A stretch of DNA of 64,000 nucleotides from Fidelibacterota bacterium (GCA_002718585.1 PBFG01000019.1:33086-97085), one strand, 5' to 3'; counted from the stretch's first letter, positions 35,124 through 45,583 are shown. Notes: a model not told the origin generated them from the sequence alone. Numbers and translations: made by a program.

Positions 35124-36053
35124 TTACCATTCTTCTTCTTCTTCTTCCTCAGGCTTGTTATTTACTAGCCATTCCTCAAAATCTTCAGGTTCATGAACTT
35201 GCATATAACCTTTCATAAAATAATGAGAATTCCCACATAATTGTGCACATGCTATTTGATAACCTCTATAATAAGAATCTCTAACACTTTCAGGAAGCAT
35301 ATCATAAGTATCCTGATCTTTATCTAATTTATTATTATAACGAACAGGATCATTTTCTTTTAAATATTCCAAGTATTCATCACTAGATTTTGTTGCCGTA
35401 AAGTAAATAGGTATTTCCATTCCAGGAATTGCATCTTGTTTGACTCTCATCTCTGGTAAAGCAAAACCATGAATAACGTCTCTAGACGATAATCTTATCT
35501 TTATCTGCTTTCCTTTGGGTATATGAAGCTGATTCATTGTAACGATATCATCAGCACCATAACCTTGCCTACTTAGCCCAATAAAATTTTGAGCTCCATC
35601 ATCTACTGAATCAGCATAAGTTTGACCAAAAACGCCATCTTCGCCTGGATAGTGGATATTCCACTGAAACTGTTGAGCTATGACTCTAATTTCTATTTCA
35701 GAATCATCTTTTACTTCTAATTTTTCATACTTTAAATCATAATATCCAGGGATAGCCAAAGCAAATAATAAGAATAGCTCAAACCCTATGACCCCAAATT
35801 CAGCATACTTAGAAAATTTACCCCTCAACCCTTGATGAGAAGCTTTTGGATTATTCTTACTAGAAAATCTTATTAAAACGTAAACCAAAAAAACACCCCA
35901 AAAAACAAATAAAATCAACATCAACATATGAACCCATCCATTTAAAACATCAGTTTTAAAACCAAACATTGAGCCATCATATGGAAAGCTAAGAAATGTA
36001 TCACTTATAAACTGACCAATTTTATCTATTATGTTTATTTCTACTTCTTTCAT
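35124..36053 (-). CDS. coxB: Cytochrome c oxidase subunit II (CuA), no fused cytochrome c, poly-Glu C-terminal tail
   Basis: CuA ligands HGFALPEM...CAQLCGNSHYFM. Two N-terminal TM helices. It ends NNKPEEEEEEEW. Confidence 0.9.
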   Translation of the reverse strand: MKEVEINIIDKIGQFISDTFLSFPYDGSMFGFKTDVLNGWVHMLMLILFVFWGVFLVYVLIRFSSKNNPKASHQGLRGKFSKYAEFGVIGFELFLLFALAIPGYYDLKYEKLEVKDDSEIEIRVIAQQFQWNIHYPGEDGVFGQTYADSVDDGAQNFIGLSRQGYGADDIVTMNQLHIPKGKQIKIRLSSRDVIHGFALPEMRVKQDAIPGMEIPIYFTATKSSDEYLEYLKENDPVRYNNKLDKDQDTYDMLPESVRDSYYRGYQIACAQLCGNSHYFMKGYMQVHEPEDFEEWLVNNKPEEEEEEEW

Positions 36054-36265
36054 TTAACTCCGCCTTCTATTTCATAAGCTCTTGCTCTTTTAACTAAAAC
36101 AAAAATACTAGCAGCAATACTGGATAAAACAAAAACAACAATGGATAATAAAAATAAAATACCATTATTCATACCTTCAGTAACAGGATGTTCAGGTGCA
36201 CCATAACATACAGCACATGCAAAAATATTTTGAATTAAAAAAATTGATAAAACTATATATTTCAT
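36050..36265 (-). CDS. Small signal-peptide/TM protein with a CxxC motif inside the cox operon
   Basis: MKYIVLSIFLIQNIFACAVCYGAPEHP followed by a TM helix. I prefer the internal ATG because the tracked start overlaps the upstream ORF by 38 nt. Confidence 0.45.
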   Translation of the reverse strand: MKYIVLSIFLIQNIFACAVCYGAPEHPVTEGMNNGILFLLSIVVFVLSSIAASIFVLVKRARAYEIEGGVK

Positions 36266-36266
36266 A

Positions 36267-36464
36267 TTAAAGATTCTTATATTTGTTAATAAAATTTTTT
36301 CCATAAATAACTAATAGTATTGAACTAACGATACTAAGAGCTATGTAGGATATATAAGCACTATCTGCATAAAAGTCCCACATTAAATAAGACCAAGAAC
36401 CAAAGTAAATCATTAATAAAACTGCAAAAGAAACAAAAATTATATGAAATAATCTTAGAGACAA
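36267..36464 (-). CDS. Small two-helix membrane protein inside the cox operon
   Basis: 65 aa hydrophobic ORF packed between coxIV and the CxxC microprotein. Confidence 0.4.
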   Translation of the reverse strand: MSLRLFHIIFVSFAVLLMIYFGSWSYLMWDFYADSAYISYIALSIVSSILLVIYGKNFINKYKNL

Positions 36465-36467
36465 GTT

Positions 36468-36833
36468 TTAATGCCCTCCTTTTTTGTTATAGTCTAATTC
36501 GTCGGAATCAAGGTGTTGCACATTTTCATAAGAACCATTTCCATATCCAACACTATTATTGTACCACATTATAGGCATAGCTAATAAAACAAAAAAGAAT
36601 AACATTGTAAATATCAGAGTACCATAAATCCATTTTCTCTCATCATTTAAATGCATAAAATGTGATGCAACTAAATATCCTTTAACACATGCAATTAATA
36701 AGCCAACTGCTAAGCCCATTGCATGCGAAGAAAAATGGATGTAGGATACACCCACAGTCGCTACTGTAAGTACTAATAATGCTATAAAAACATTTCTATA
36801 AATTTTAATATGATGTTTAATATCTTCACTCAT
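36468..36833 (-). CDS. Cytochrome c oxidase subunit IV (prokaryotic CtaF/CoxIV family)
   Basis: N-terminal HIKIYRNVFIALLVLTVATV, typical of bacterial subunit IV, with three TM helices. Located after coxIII. Confidence 0.75.
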   Translation of the reverse strand: MSEDIKHHIKIYRNVFIALLVLTVATVGVSYIHFSSHAMGLAVGLLIACVKGYLVASHFMHLNDERKWIYGTLIFTMLFFFVLLAMPIMWYNNSVGYGNGSYENVQHLDSDELDYNKKGGH

Positions 36834-36849
36834 AAGAATACCTCAATTA

Positions 36850-37440
36850 TTACAATAAATAAAGTGCTGGAAATAAAAATATCCAAACAAGATCTACAAA
36901 GTGCCAATACAAACCTATGACTTCAATTCTATTTGTAAACCTTTCTGGTTCACTATCCCACATTTTTATTCCTGGGCCTATTAGATACAAAAAAACTGCT
37001 ACTCCACCTAGTACATGAAGAACATGTAAACCAGTCATAGTAAAATAACAAGCAAGAGATGTACTTGATGAGGGGAATAAACCATGTTCAAATTTTGAAG
37101 CATATTCAAAGTATTTAACAATCAAAAAACCAAAAGAACAAAGCAAAGTTATTCCAAGATATAACTTAAATTTATTTAAATCTTTTAGCTTTAGAGCAAC
37201 CCATGACATCACCATGGTAACACTAGAGGTAATTAATAAGACAGTGTTTAATGTAGCTAAAGGAATATTTAATACAGTTTTAATATCGAACCAGTATGGG
37301 TTACTTGTTCTAAGCATTATATAGGCAGAAAATAATGCACCAAATAACATTACTTCAGATGCTAAAAATAACCAAATTCCTAACTTGGCATTATATAGAC
37401 CAGTATCAGGTCTTAATTCTTCGTTATATGGGATTTGCAT
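36850..37440 (-). CDS. coxC: Cytochrome c oxidase subunit III
   Basis: Short (5 TM) subunit III form with the [20 protein letters not shown]-terminus. Confidence 0.9.
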   Translation of the reverse strand: MQIPYNEELRPDTGLYNAKLGIWLFLASEVMLFGALFSAYIMLRTSNPYWFDIKTVLNIPLATLNTVLLITSSVTMVMSWVALKLKDLNKFKLYLGITLLCSFGFLIVKYFEYASKFEHGLFPSSSTSLACYFTMTGLHVLHVLGGVAVFLYLIGPGIKMWDSEPERFTNRIEVIGLYWHFVDLVWIFLFPALYLL

Positions 37441-37451
37441 TAATATAACTC

Positions 37452-39131
37452 CTAATCTTTTTCATTTTGTGGCAAATAGTCTGTCTCAGAATCAGGAACA
37501 CTGTAATCATATGCACCTCTGTAAACATTTGGAACTTTTTCAAAGTTTCCATGTCCAATAGGAGGAGAAGGTGCAGCAACCCATTCTAAAGTTGTACATC
37601 CCCATGGATTTGGATCTGGGTTTTTCTCTGTTTTCTTAAGTAAAGTCATAACAATATTGACTATAAAAGGCAACTGTGCAATAGCTAGTCCCCACGATGC
37701 ATACATCATAAAATCATTATATTGAATAACATTTTGTGTATGTGCATAAGATTGGCCTCCATCTGCAAGCCTTCTTGACATACCTGCCAAACCCTGAAAA
37801 AACATTGGCATAAAGAATAAATTCATAAAAATGAAGGAGAAAATAAAATGTACTTTACCAAGAATTTCGTTTAGAGGTTTACCTGTAATTTTAGGAAACC
37901 AAAAATAAATACCAGAAAAAATTGCAAAAATTGTACCTGGAGCAACAACATAGTGGAAATGACCAATAACATAATATGTATCATGCAATGGAATATCTGA
38001 TAATGGTAAACCAAGAGGTAAACCTGTTAATCCACCAATACCAAACATTGGTATAAAGCTTAAAGCAAACAACATAGGAGTATTGTATCTTATAGATCCA
38101 CCATATAAAGATAAAATAAAACACGTTAAAAGTATTACTGATGGTACAGAAATAATCATTGTTGTTATTGCAAAAAAATTACTCATCCCCTGACCCATAC
38201 CAGTTAAAAACATGTGATGCGCCCATACAAGAAATGACATAAAACCTAAAAATATAACAGATTTAACCATTAAACTGTAACCCCATAAAGGTTTTCTTAT
38301 ATTATTTGAAATAACTTCAGCAATTATTCCCATTGCAGGTAAAATTAAAACATAAACTTCTGGGTGTGCTAAAAACCAAAACAAATGCTGCCAAAGAAGA
38401 GGACTACCTCCTCCAGAATTTGACATCATTTCTCCACCAACCACTAAACCTGTAGGAAGAAAAAAACTGGTACCTGCAACTCGATCCATTAATTGAAATA
38501 TTCCAGCGACTTCAAGTGGGGGAAATGCAAGAAGTAAAAGAAAAGATGTTACAAGTTGAGCCCAAACAAAAAATGGTAATCTCATCCAAGTAAGACCAGG
38601 TGCCCTAAGTTGGACAATAGTAACGATAATATTAACAGATCCCAATAGAGAAGATGTTATAAGAAATATCATGCCAATGAGCCAAACAGTTTGACCCGTA
38701 GTTGCAATATCAGCCAATGGAGGATACGAAGTCCAACCTGAATTTGCAGCACCTCCAGGTAAAGTAAAACCATAAAGCATCGTAACGCCACCTAAAAAAT
38801 AGGTCCAATAACTAGCCATGTTTAACTTAGGAAATGCCATATCTGGAGCCCCTACTTGCAAAGGAACTAAATAGTTACCATATGCACCAACTATAACTGG
38901 TACAATTCCTAAAAAAACCATAATTGTTCCATGCATTGCACCAAACGAATTATATGTATCTGGAGAAATTGTTCCTGAATGCACATGTTGATATCTCATG
39001 ACAATCATTAGTACAAAACCTAACAACATAAAAAATAATGCAGTTACTCCATATTGTATTCCAATCCATTTATGATCTTGTGAAAATATATATTTCGTCC
39101 AAAAACTTTCTTGGTGGTGCTCGTCGCTCAT
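37452..39131 (-). CDS. coxA: Cytochrome c oxidase subunit I (heme-copper oxidase, A-type)
   Basis: [18 protein letters not shown] and GHFHYV motifs; 12 or more TM helices. Confidence 0.95.
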   Translation of the reverse strand: MSDEHHQESFWTKYIFSQDHKWIGIQYGVTALFFMLLGFVLMIVMRYQHVHSGTISPDTYNSFGAMHGTIMVFLGIVPVIVGAYGNYLVPLQVGAPDMAFPKLNMASYWTYFLGGVTMLYGFTLPGGAANSGWTSYPPLADIATTGQTVWLIGMIFLITSSLLGSVNIIVTIVQLRAPGLTWMRLPFFVWAQLVTSFLLLLAFPPLEVAGIFQLMDRVAGTSFFLPTGLVVGGEMMSNSGGGSPLLWQHLFWFLAHPEVYVLILPAMGIIAEVISNNIRKPLWGYSLMVKSVIFLGFMSFLVWAHHMFLTGMGQGMSNFFAITTMIISVPSVILLTCFILSLYGGSIRYNTPMLFALSFIPMFGIGGLTGLPLGLPLSDIPLHDTYYVIGHFHYVVAPGTIFAIFSGIYFWFPKITGKPLNEILGKVHFIFSFIFMNLFFMPMFFQGLAGMSRRLADGGQSYAHTQNVIQYNDFMMYASWGLAIAQLPFIVNIVMTLLKKTEKNPDPNPWGCTTLEWVAAPSPPIGHGNFEKVPNVYRGAYDYSVPDSETDYLPQNEKD

Positions 39132-39146
39132 AATTCTCCTATTAAA

Positions 39147-39479
39147 TCAATCAATTATTGTATCAAATCTTTCTTCGTACTCATTAGTATTTACCATTCT
39201 AATGGCGTCCCAGGTTAACTTGGTACATACTTTTGCGCAAATCTGACATCCTATACACTCATTTTCTCTAACATGTACTGGAGGAATTGGAGGCCATGTG
39301 TATTTATCAGCTGGAACAGGTTCAATACAATCTACAGGGCAAAAAGGGATACAAGCCTGACAACCTGTGCAATTATCTTCATCTACCCATGCAATTTTTT
39401 TTGGGCGTGTTTTCTTAGTATTTACCTTCTGGGGTAACTCAGGAACTTGCTTTAAGTGATCATATACTTTGGATGCCAT
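39147..39479 (-). CDS. 2x[4Fe-4S] ferredoxin-like protein, first gene of the cox operon
   Basis: Two cluster motifs, CTGCQACIPFCP and CIGCQICAKVC. 15 nt upstream of coxI. Confidence 0.85.
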   Translation of the reverse strand: MASKVYDHLKQVPELPQKVNTKKTRPKKIAWVDEDNCTGCQACIPFCPVDCIEPVPADKYTWPPIPPVHVRENECIGCQICAKVCTKLTWDAIRMVNTNEYEERFDTIID

Positions 39480-39663
39480 TGCTATAATTTAATAATATTT
39501 CTATTGTTTTAAAACAAACTTTTCAATCATATAGCCCATCATAAAAAAGGCTATACCTATGATAAAACTTTCATAACTCATTCTACTTGGAAATGATATA
39601 TATAAACTTACACCAATAATGGTCATACCTGTAAATTCTAATATTTTTGCAACATAAAAAATA

Positions 39664-40152
39664 TTAATTATCCTTATTTTTTAACTTATTATCCAGTTCA
39701 GTACCAACAATGGATAGTATATCAGAATTTTTAATAAGTGACTTATGAGATAACAAAATAACTTTTAAAAAATGTATTAGACTAAGGAGAAAAATAGAAT
39801 GATGCCAATACTTACTTAAAACCTTTGTTTGTACACCACCTCCAAGCACAAAAGCTGTTCCTACCAAAAGAATATTTAGTGTTAGGGGAGGAAATAAATC
39901 ACTCTTAATTTTCAAGACGTCTTTATAAGTATCCTTGTTTAAATCATATTTTATTATTAACTCTTTAACTTTTTTTCCTGCTCCAATGAGATAAAACATA
40001 ATAAGAGTTTGTGTAAACATGTATAATATAGTTGACACAAAAGAAAACGAAATATAGTTTGCATTTAAAACATTAAATCGAAAAATCCATTGAAAGCCAT
40101 TTAGAGATAATGAAATAAAAGATAAAAACATTAATATATAAAAAATAATCAT
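39664..40152 (-). CDS. Polytopic membrane protein, unknown
   Basis: 162 aa with about 5 hydrophobic helices. No motif recognised. Confidence 0.45.
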   Translation of the reverse strand: MIIFYILMFLSFISLSLNGFQWIFRFNVLNANYISFSFVSTILYMFTQTLIMFYLIGAGKKVKELIIKYDLNKDTYKDVLKIKSDLFPPLTLNILLVGTAFVLGGGVQTKVLSKYWHHSIFLLSLIHFLKVILLSHKSLIKNSDILSIVGTELDNKLKNKDN

Positions 40153-40231
40153 ACGTAAATTTAATATATAAAGTTGTAATGGTAGTATATATTTTGGTAA
40201 ATTATTATATAATTAATGGAGAATTTAAATC

Positions 40232-40957
40232 ATGTTTAGAATTTTAATATTAATATCTGTAGTTTCTTTCAACTTTTTTGCTGGAACAATAGAAGGCACT
40301 GTTTCATATGCTGGGAAAAATAGAGCAGCAAAACCTCTGAAAATGGATTCAGATCCAATCTGTGGCTCTTCACATAAAATCGCACCAGTTAAAGAAGATT
40401 TTATATTGAATGAAGAAAATAAATTTAAAAATGTAATTGTTTGGCTCAAGGATATAAAATTTGATGGAGAACTATCTAACGATACTGGTTTGATTGATCA
40501 AGTAGGTTGTATTTATACACCCCATGTCAATGCGTTTACAACAAGTCAAAAAGTTTTAATTAAAAATAGTGATAAAACTCTTCACAATGTTAATTCTCAG
40601 TCAAAAGTCAACGAAAGCTTTAATTCGGCTCAACCAGCTGGCGTACCTGAGATTGAAAAAACTTTTTCTAAAGCTGAAGAACCATTTTACGTAAAATGTG
40701 ATGTTCACCCATGGATGAAAGCATGGATAATGGTTGCTGATCATCCTTTCTTTGCAATAACAGACGAAAATGGAAACTTTAAAATAGATAATGTTCCAGC
40801 TGGAGAATATGAAATCATATTTTGGCAAGAAAAACTTTCAAATTTACCAAAGAAAAAATATGTCGAAGCTGACAATACTTTAAAGATAAAAGTGCTAGAT
40901 GAGGGCTCAACAGTAGCAGATTTTGAGTTTCAAAAACCCGTTAAAAAGAAAAAATAA
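40232..40957 (+). CDS. Secreted cupredoxin-like type-1 copper protein with carboxypeptidase-regulatory-like beta-sandwich segments and a poly-Lys tail
   Basis: Signal peptide. Candidate T1Cu ligands are His in DKTLHNV and C-x2-H-x2-M in KCDVHPWM. ENGNFKIDNVPAGEYEI is CarbopepD_reg-like. It ends QKPVKKKK. Confidence 0.65.
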   Translation: MFRILILISVVSFNFFAGTIEGTVSYAGKNRAAKPLKMDSDPICGSSHKIAPVKEDFILNEENKFKNVIVWLKDIKFDGELSNDTGLIDQVGCIYTPHVNAFTTSQKVLIKNSDKTLHNVNSQSKVNESFNSAQPAGVPEIEKTFSKAEEPFYVKCDVHPWMKAWIMVADHPFFAITDENGNFKIDNVPAGEYEIIFWQEKLSNLPKKKYVEADNTLKIKVLDEGSTVADFEFQKPVKKKK

Positions 40958-40963
40958 TTAATA

Positions 40964-41812
40964 ATGAAATATTTTTCTCTAAAAAGATTAATCTTATCGT
41001 TAGTCTTGTGTATTATTTCGTGTAAAACAAACCCTAATTATAATGTTACAGGTGTTATATTAGATAAAAACTTAAATAAAAGAGTTTTTAAAATAGATCA
41101 TGATAAAATTCCAGGTTTTATGGAACCTATGATTATGGACTTAAATGTTCATGAAAAAGTTGATATGGATAATTTTAATATACTTGATAGCGTAAGTTTT
41201 AACCTAATTATGACTGATGATTCACATTATACAATAAACTTTAAAAAAGTTGGCACTCGAATAGAATCTGATAATCATGAAGAACTATGGCAAGATGATT
41301 TGTATTCACCAAAGCAAATTGGTACAAAATTTGATAATTTTACATTTTCTAAAACTAATAATGAGCAGTACTCCCTTTATGGTAACAATAAAGATTATAC
41401 AATCATTTCTTTTATTTTTTCTAGATGTCCAATTCCTAACATGTGTCCTGCCGTTATTTCAAAGAATCAATTTTTAGCTAAAGAATTTGATAACCGTAAT
41501 ATTGATTTTTTAATTTTAAGTTTTGATTACTTGTTTGATACGCCTGAAATTCTCAAAAAAAATTATGGTTCAATTGAAGATAAATTTCCTAATATAAAGT
41601 TTTTATCAAGTACCAATCACTACAATGATTTAATACAACTGACAAAACAATCTAATGTTTCTTTTGGTGGTGTTGAAGATAATAATATTGGACATACAAT
41701 GATTACTTTAATCTTAGATAATAATAAAAAATTAATAAAATCATATCAGGGTATTGATTGGAAGCCTTCAAATTTTAAAAGAGATTTAACAAATTTTATA
41801 AATTTAAACTAG
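40964..41812 (+). CDS. SCO1/SenC-family copper chaperone fused to an N-terminal CusF-like Cu(I)-binding domain (lipoprotein)
   Basis: Lipobox ISCK. CusF-like HDKIPGFMEPMIM. Thioredoxin-fold FIFSRCPIPNMCP and a downstream His (NIGHTM). Confidence 0.8.
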   Translation: MKYFSLKRLILSLVLCIISCKTNPNYNVTGVILDKNLNKRVFKIDHDKIPGFMEPMIMDLNVHEKVDMDNFNILDSVSFNLIMTDDSHYTINFKKVGTRIESDNHEELWQDDLYSPKQIGTKFDNFTFSKTNNEQYSLYGNNKDYTIISFIFSRCPIPNMCPAVISKNQFLAKEFDNRNIDFLILSFDYLFDTPEILKKNYGSIEDKFPNIKFLSSTNHYNDLIQLTKQSNVSFGGVEDNNIGHTMITLILDNNKKLIKSYQGIDWKPSNFKRDLTNFINLN

Positions 41813-42471
41813 TGGACAAATCCTTTTTTCTTGACAACCATTTACTGGTATCAGGTATTTTATTAATAATAATTTCAGTAATCTTGTTTTTAGTTAAAAA
41901 AACTACCACTTTATACAAAATATTATTTTTTTCTCTTTTAATCAACTTCTTATCATTCTACTTAACTCTAATTTCCAATAATCTTTTTGACTTCACTATT
42001 CATCTACCAATTCATCTTTGCTATTTAACAGAATTAGGTATCTTAATTAGTTTAATTTTTAAAAATAAAAAGTTTTATCCAATTCTTGCTCTAAATAGCT
42101 TAGGAGGTGGTATTAGCGGCTTAACTAATTCTAATTTAGTACTTAATTCTTATTGGATAGAATTTTCTCATTTATATTTATCTCATATTAATCTAATTTT
42201 TTTCTTTATAATTGTATACAAAGAAAGATTTACAATTAATAAAAAAATGTTTTCTACGAGTATCTTAATTAATGGATCTGTGTTCTTTTTTTCTGCAATA
42301 TTTAATAAAATTTTTGGTTCTAACTACTGGTTCACTGTAAGTAGACCAGAGGGAAAAAATTTAACGCTTTTATTTTCTGATTGGCCTGATTATTTAATTG
42401 GTTTAATCATAATTGGATTATTTTCATACTATGCAACCTTTATAATTTTAAAAAAGAATAGATCTATTTAA
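41812..42471 (+). CDS. Integral membrane protein, unknown
   Basis: 219 aa with about 7 TM helices. The GTG start overlaps the Sco stop. Confidence 0.5.
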   Translation: MDKSFFLDNHLLVSGILLIIISVILFLVKKTTTLYKILFFSLLINFLSFYLTLISNNLFDFTIHLPIHLCYLTELGILISLIFKNKKFYPILALNSLGGGISGLTNSNLVLNSYWIEFSHLYLSHINLIFFFIIVYKERFTINKKMFSTSILINGSVFFFSAIFNKIFGSNYWFTVSRPEGKNLTLLFSDWPDYLIGLIIIGLFSYYATFIILKKNRSI

Positions 42472-42474
42472 AAA

Positions 42475-45400
42475 TTACCATTCCTCATCTTCGAAATCAT
42501 CCTCTTCTTCATCAGCATCGAATTCATATCCATTTATTTTGAAATATTCTTTAACAATTGTAGATATATCTGTAGGTCCTTCAATACTATAAATATAATC
42601 TGTCAAGCCTTCAAGCATAGCTTGTCTATCTCCATCTAAGCTTATGAGATCTTTACCCCATGTTTCTAGTGCATTATCAAGAGATAGAGCTATAGAATCA
42701 GGTATGTAAGGAGCTGGCATTTTAGTTCCTGGCATTATAGCTTGTGGATTATCGAGCCACCTAACAACCCAATCATGTCGTAGCCTTTCTTTTGTCATTG
42801 CAAGATTTGGTGCCCAAGTCTCAGGAGTTTGTTTTGGAAACTGATCTCCATAAAAGTGACAATTATTACAGGCTCCAAATTCATGTAACTTAGCTCCAGC
42901 TTTAAATTTAGCTGAATTGATATCAACAGCGAATGAATCCTCAATTAATAGGCTTCTTTCATCTAGGTGCTGAAAAGCCTTGATAATTGAATTCCATTGG
43001 CCATCAGTAAATTTAAAAGCAGGCATTCTTACTTGTAAATGAGGTCTGATAGTAGCGGGATTTTTAAAGAAATTAAATAACCAATCAGGCTGAGTTTTAG
43101 CACCTTGGGTATTTAAATTGGGTGGCGCATTTTCTATTTTACCAATAACATCAACCATGTGACCACCAAAGTTTTCTATAACGTGACATCCTTGACAATT
43201 ATATTGGTTAATTAATTTATAACCTTCAAAAACTGACTTATCATCAACTAAATTATAAGTAATTTTACTATCCGCAATTTTTACATTTGTAAAACCTAAA
43301 ATTGCAGTTACAATTGCTTCGATTTCTTCAGGTTTGAAATAAAAGTTAGGCATTCGACTTTTATCTTCATGTGCAACAATTTTATGTTTATCAAAAATTC
43401 TAGGATTAGCTAACTTTTGTTCAAACCATGCGTGAGTTGTATGATCAATATCATGGATATGACCAAAATCTAATTTACTAACAGGGACAGATCCCTCATA
43501 AGTTAGTTCAGCACCAATAGGCTTTCCATTTTCATATCCATCCATATCATGGCATGTATAGCATCCGTAATAATTTATACTTTTTTTAGCTACATATTCA
43601 TCAATTGCAGCATCACTCATGCTACTCAATCTTGCATCAACCTCAACTTTAGGAAATGATTTCATCATCCATCTTCTGGCAATATTATTTAGCTCTTCTC
43701 TATCTTCCACTACTGCAATTTCATCTTCAAATTCTTCGTTTTTGAAGGTTAAAAGGTAAGCTGTTATGTCTTTTGCCTCTTCATGGGTTAGTCTTAAATT
43801 CGGCATTTTCGTATCAGGCCAATACTTTTCAGGATGTTTAATCCAATTATAAATCCATTTTGCATCAGATTTAGATCCCATACCAATCAAATTAGGACCT
43901 TGATACTTTAATAGAGTATATCTATCCATTTTCTCGTACCCAACACCAGATGTATCAGGTTCATAGCCATGATTAGATATATACATTTCGTAAGGGACAT
44001 CTACGTCTCCTAATTCTGTAGATTCTGTGTTAATAACATGACATCCTTGACATCCAACTGCATTAAATAATTTTTGACCATTTTCTGCATTTCCAATAAA
44101 TTCACTGGAATTATCAAAATCTTTTTTATCACCATCAGGATATAAATATTCAGTTATTGCATAAATTGCAGCATTACTTCTTTTAACAGATTCTTCATCT
44201 GAGTTATTTGACTGATCAAAGAAGTGTGGCATCCACGTATTGTACCTAAAACCTTGCGGATTTTTAATCCATTTTTTTACCCAATCTTTATCTAATTTTT
44301 CATCTAAATGAGTTAAAGGTGGACCACTTTTCCCCATTGCTTGGTATGACTCAATATGATGACAATTATTACATCCTGATTGATCAATTAACATAAGTCC
44401 TAAAGCTAGTTTCTCACCACCCGCAAGAATTGGATCGGCCTCATGGCATTTAAAACAACCTGCTTGAGTGTATTTTGTTGGTAACATTGGTTGTAACCAA
44501 TGATGCATTTTTTTCCAATCATATTTTTCTTCCCATTCTTTTTTTTGTTCTGGAGAACCAGGCATATGAACTGATGATACAAACCCCGTACCTCTTCCCC
44601 TACCAGAATGACAGCTCGTACAACCGTATTGCTCAAATGGATGAGGTGATGAACTAGATACAAATAAATCAAGATTAGGATGACTAGTGAATGGCTGAGG
44701 TGCATCTTTATAGTCTGGATTACTTATACCTAAGTGGCAACTTGTACATCTATCGACACTTGGTACTTGAGCAAAATTAACGTCATATTTTATATCGTGA
44801 GCAACAACTTGATTAACCTTATAATAAGGATCCATAAAATCTAAAATAGGTAAATCCCTTACCAAATCACCGAGTTGATTCATAAATGTCATTTTAGTTC
44901 TATCAAGTTTTAAAATTCTATTATTTATTAAATTTACTTCTTTTAAATATTCATTTAATTCGTCTTTCTTATTTTTAAGTTCCAAGCCCATATTTTTAAT
45001 TGTAGATTCAATATCAAGAACTTGCAATTCATATTTCTCTTTAGTGATTTTAAGATTTTTCATTACTTCTAATGTTTCATAATACTTTTCCTTATACTCA
45101 AATTCATGACCGTGATGATGTTTATTTTTATCTTCTTTGGATGTATTTTCATCTTCATAATCATGATGGTAATTATTAGAGTGAACGATTTCGTCCTCAT
45201 AAAGATATTTTAGTTCATCAGCTTCCGCTTTTTTAAATAAATAATCCATATTTGCTTTATAAAATAAGCCTTTAACATATTCTAAATTTAATTCAAGGGA
45301 GTCAATTTCAACCATTTGAGCATTATATTTATCAAGCTCAAGATTATATTTTTCTTCGAATTCTACGCGTTGATCTTGAACATCAGATAAAGCTGATTCA

Positions 45401-45582
45401 AGTTTTTTATTAGATACTTCTATTTCGAGTTTTCTAAACTCTCTTTGATACCTTTTAAATTCATCATCATTATCATGATAAAATATCCATACGTATGATA
45501 AAAAAAATAGAATGCTTGATATTGCAAACCATTTATTTAATTTTTTTATATTGAAGTATCTTTCGTCGTTCTTATGAGCCAT
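42475..45582 (-). CDS. Membrane-anchored octaheme c-type cytochrome with a long coiled-coil stalk; terminal gene of the Rieske/cyt b operon
   Basis: Eight CxxCH motifs (CTSCH x2, CFKCH, CNNCH x2, CQGCH x2, CYTCH). N-terminal TM helix followed by about 200 aa of E/K-rich heptad-like sequence. It ends DADEEEDDFEDEEW. Confidence 0.85.
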   Translation of the reverse strand: MAHKNDERYFNIKKLNKWFAISSILFFLSYVWIFYHDNDDEFKRYQREFRKLEIEVSNKKLESALSDVQDQRVEFEEKYNLELDKYNAQMVEIDSLELNLEYVKGLFYKANMDYLFKKAEADELKYLYEDEIVHSNNYHHDYEDENTSKEDKNKHHHGHEFEYKEKYYETLEVMKNLKITKEKYELQVLDIESTIKNMGLELKNKKDELNEYLKEVNLINNRILKLDRTKMTFMNQLGDLVRDLPILDFMDPYYKVNQVVAHDIKYDVNFAQVPSVDRCTSCHLGISNPDYKDAPQPFTSHPNLDLFVSSSSPHPFEQYGCTSCHSGRGRGTGFVSSVHMPGSPEQKKEWEEKYDWKKMHHWLQPMLPTKYTQAGCFKCHEADPILAGGEKLALGLMLIDQSGCNNCHHIESYQAMGKSGPPLTHLDEKLDKDWVKKWIKNPQGFRYNTWMPHFFDQSNNSDEESVKRSNAAIYAITEYLYPDGDKKDFDNSSEFIGNAENGQKLFNAVGCQGCHVINTESTELGDVDVPYEMYISNHGYEPDTSGVGYEKMDRYTLLKYQGPNLIGMGSKSDAKWIYNWIKHPEKYWPDTKMPNLRLTHEEAKDITAYLLTFKNEEFEDEIAVVEDREELNNIARRWMMKSFPKVEVDARLSSMSDAAIDEYVAKKSINYYGCYTCHDMDGYENGKPIGAELTYEGSVPVSKLDFGHIHDIDHTTHAWFEQKLANPRIFDKHKIVAHEDKSRMPNFYFKPEEIEAIVTAILGFTNVKIADSKITYNLVDDKSVFEGYKLINQYNCQGCHVIENFGGHMVDVIGKIENAPPNLNTQGAKTQPDWLFNFFKNPATIRPHLQVRMPAFKFTDGQWNSIIKAFQHLDERSLLIEDSFAVDINSAKFKAGAKLHEFGACNNCHFYGDQFPKQTPETWAPNLAMTKERLRHDWVVRWLDNPQAIMPGTKMPAPYIPDSIALSLDNALETWGKDLISLDGDRQAMLEGLTDYIYSIEGPTDISTIVKEYFKINGYEFDADEEEDDFEDEEW

Positions 45583-45583
45583 A

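Noticed and set aside
39480-39663. A 43 aa hydrophobic micro-ORF on the minus strand between the 162 aa membrane protein gene and the ferredoxin gene
   Set aside because: It translates to a plausible helix (MTIIGVSLYISFPSRMSYESFIIGIAFFMMGYMIEKFVLKQ). However, it has no coupling, RBS or conservation evidence, which is too weak to call from sequence alone.
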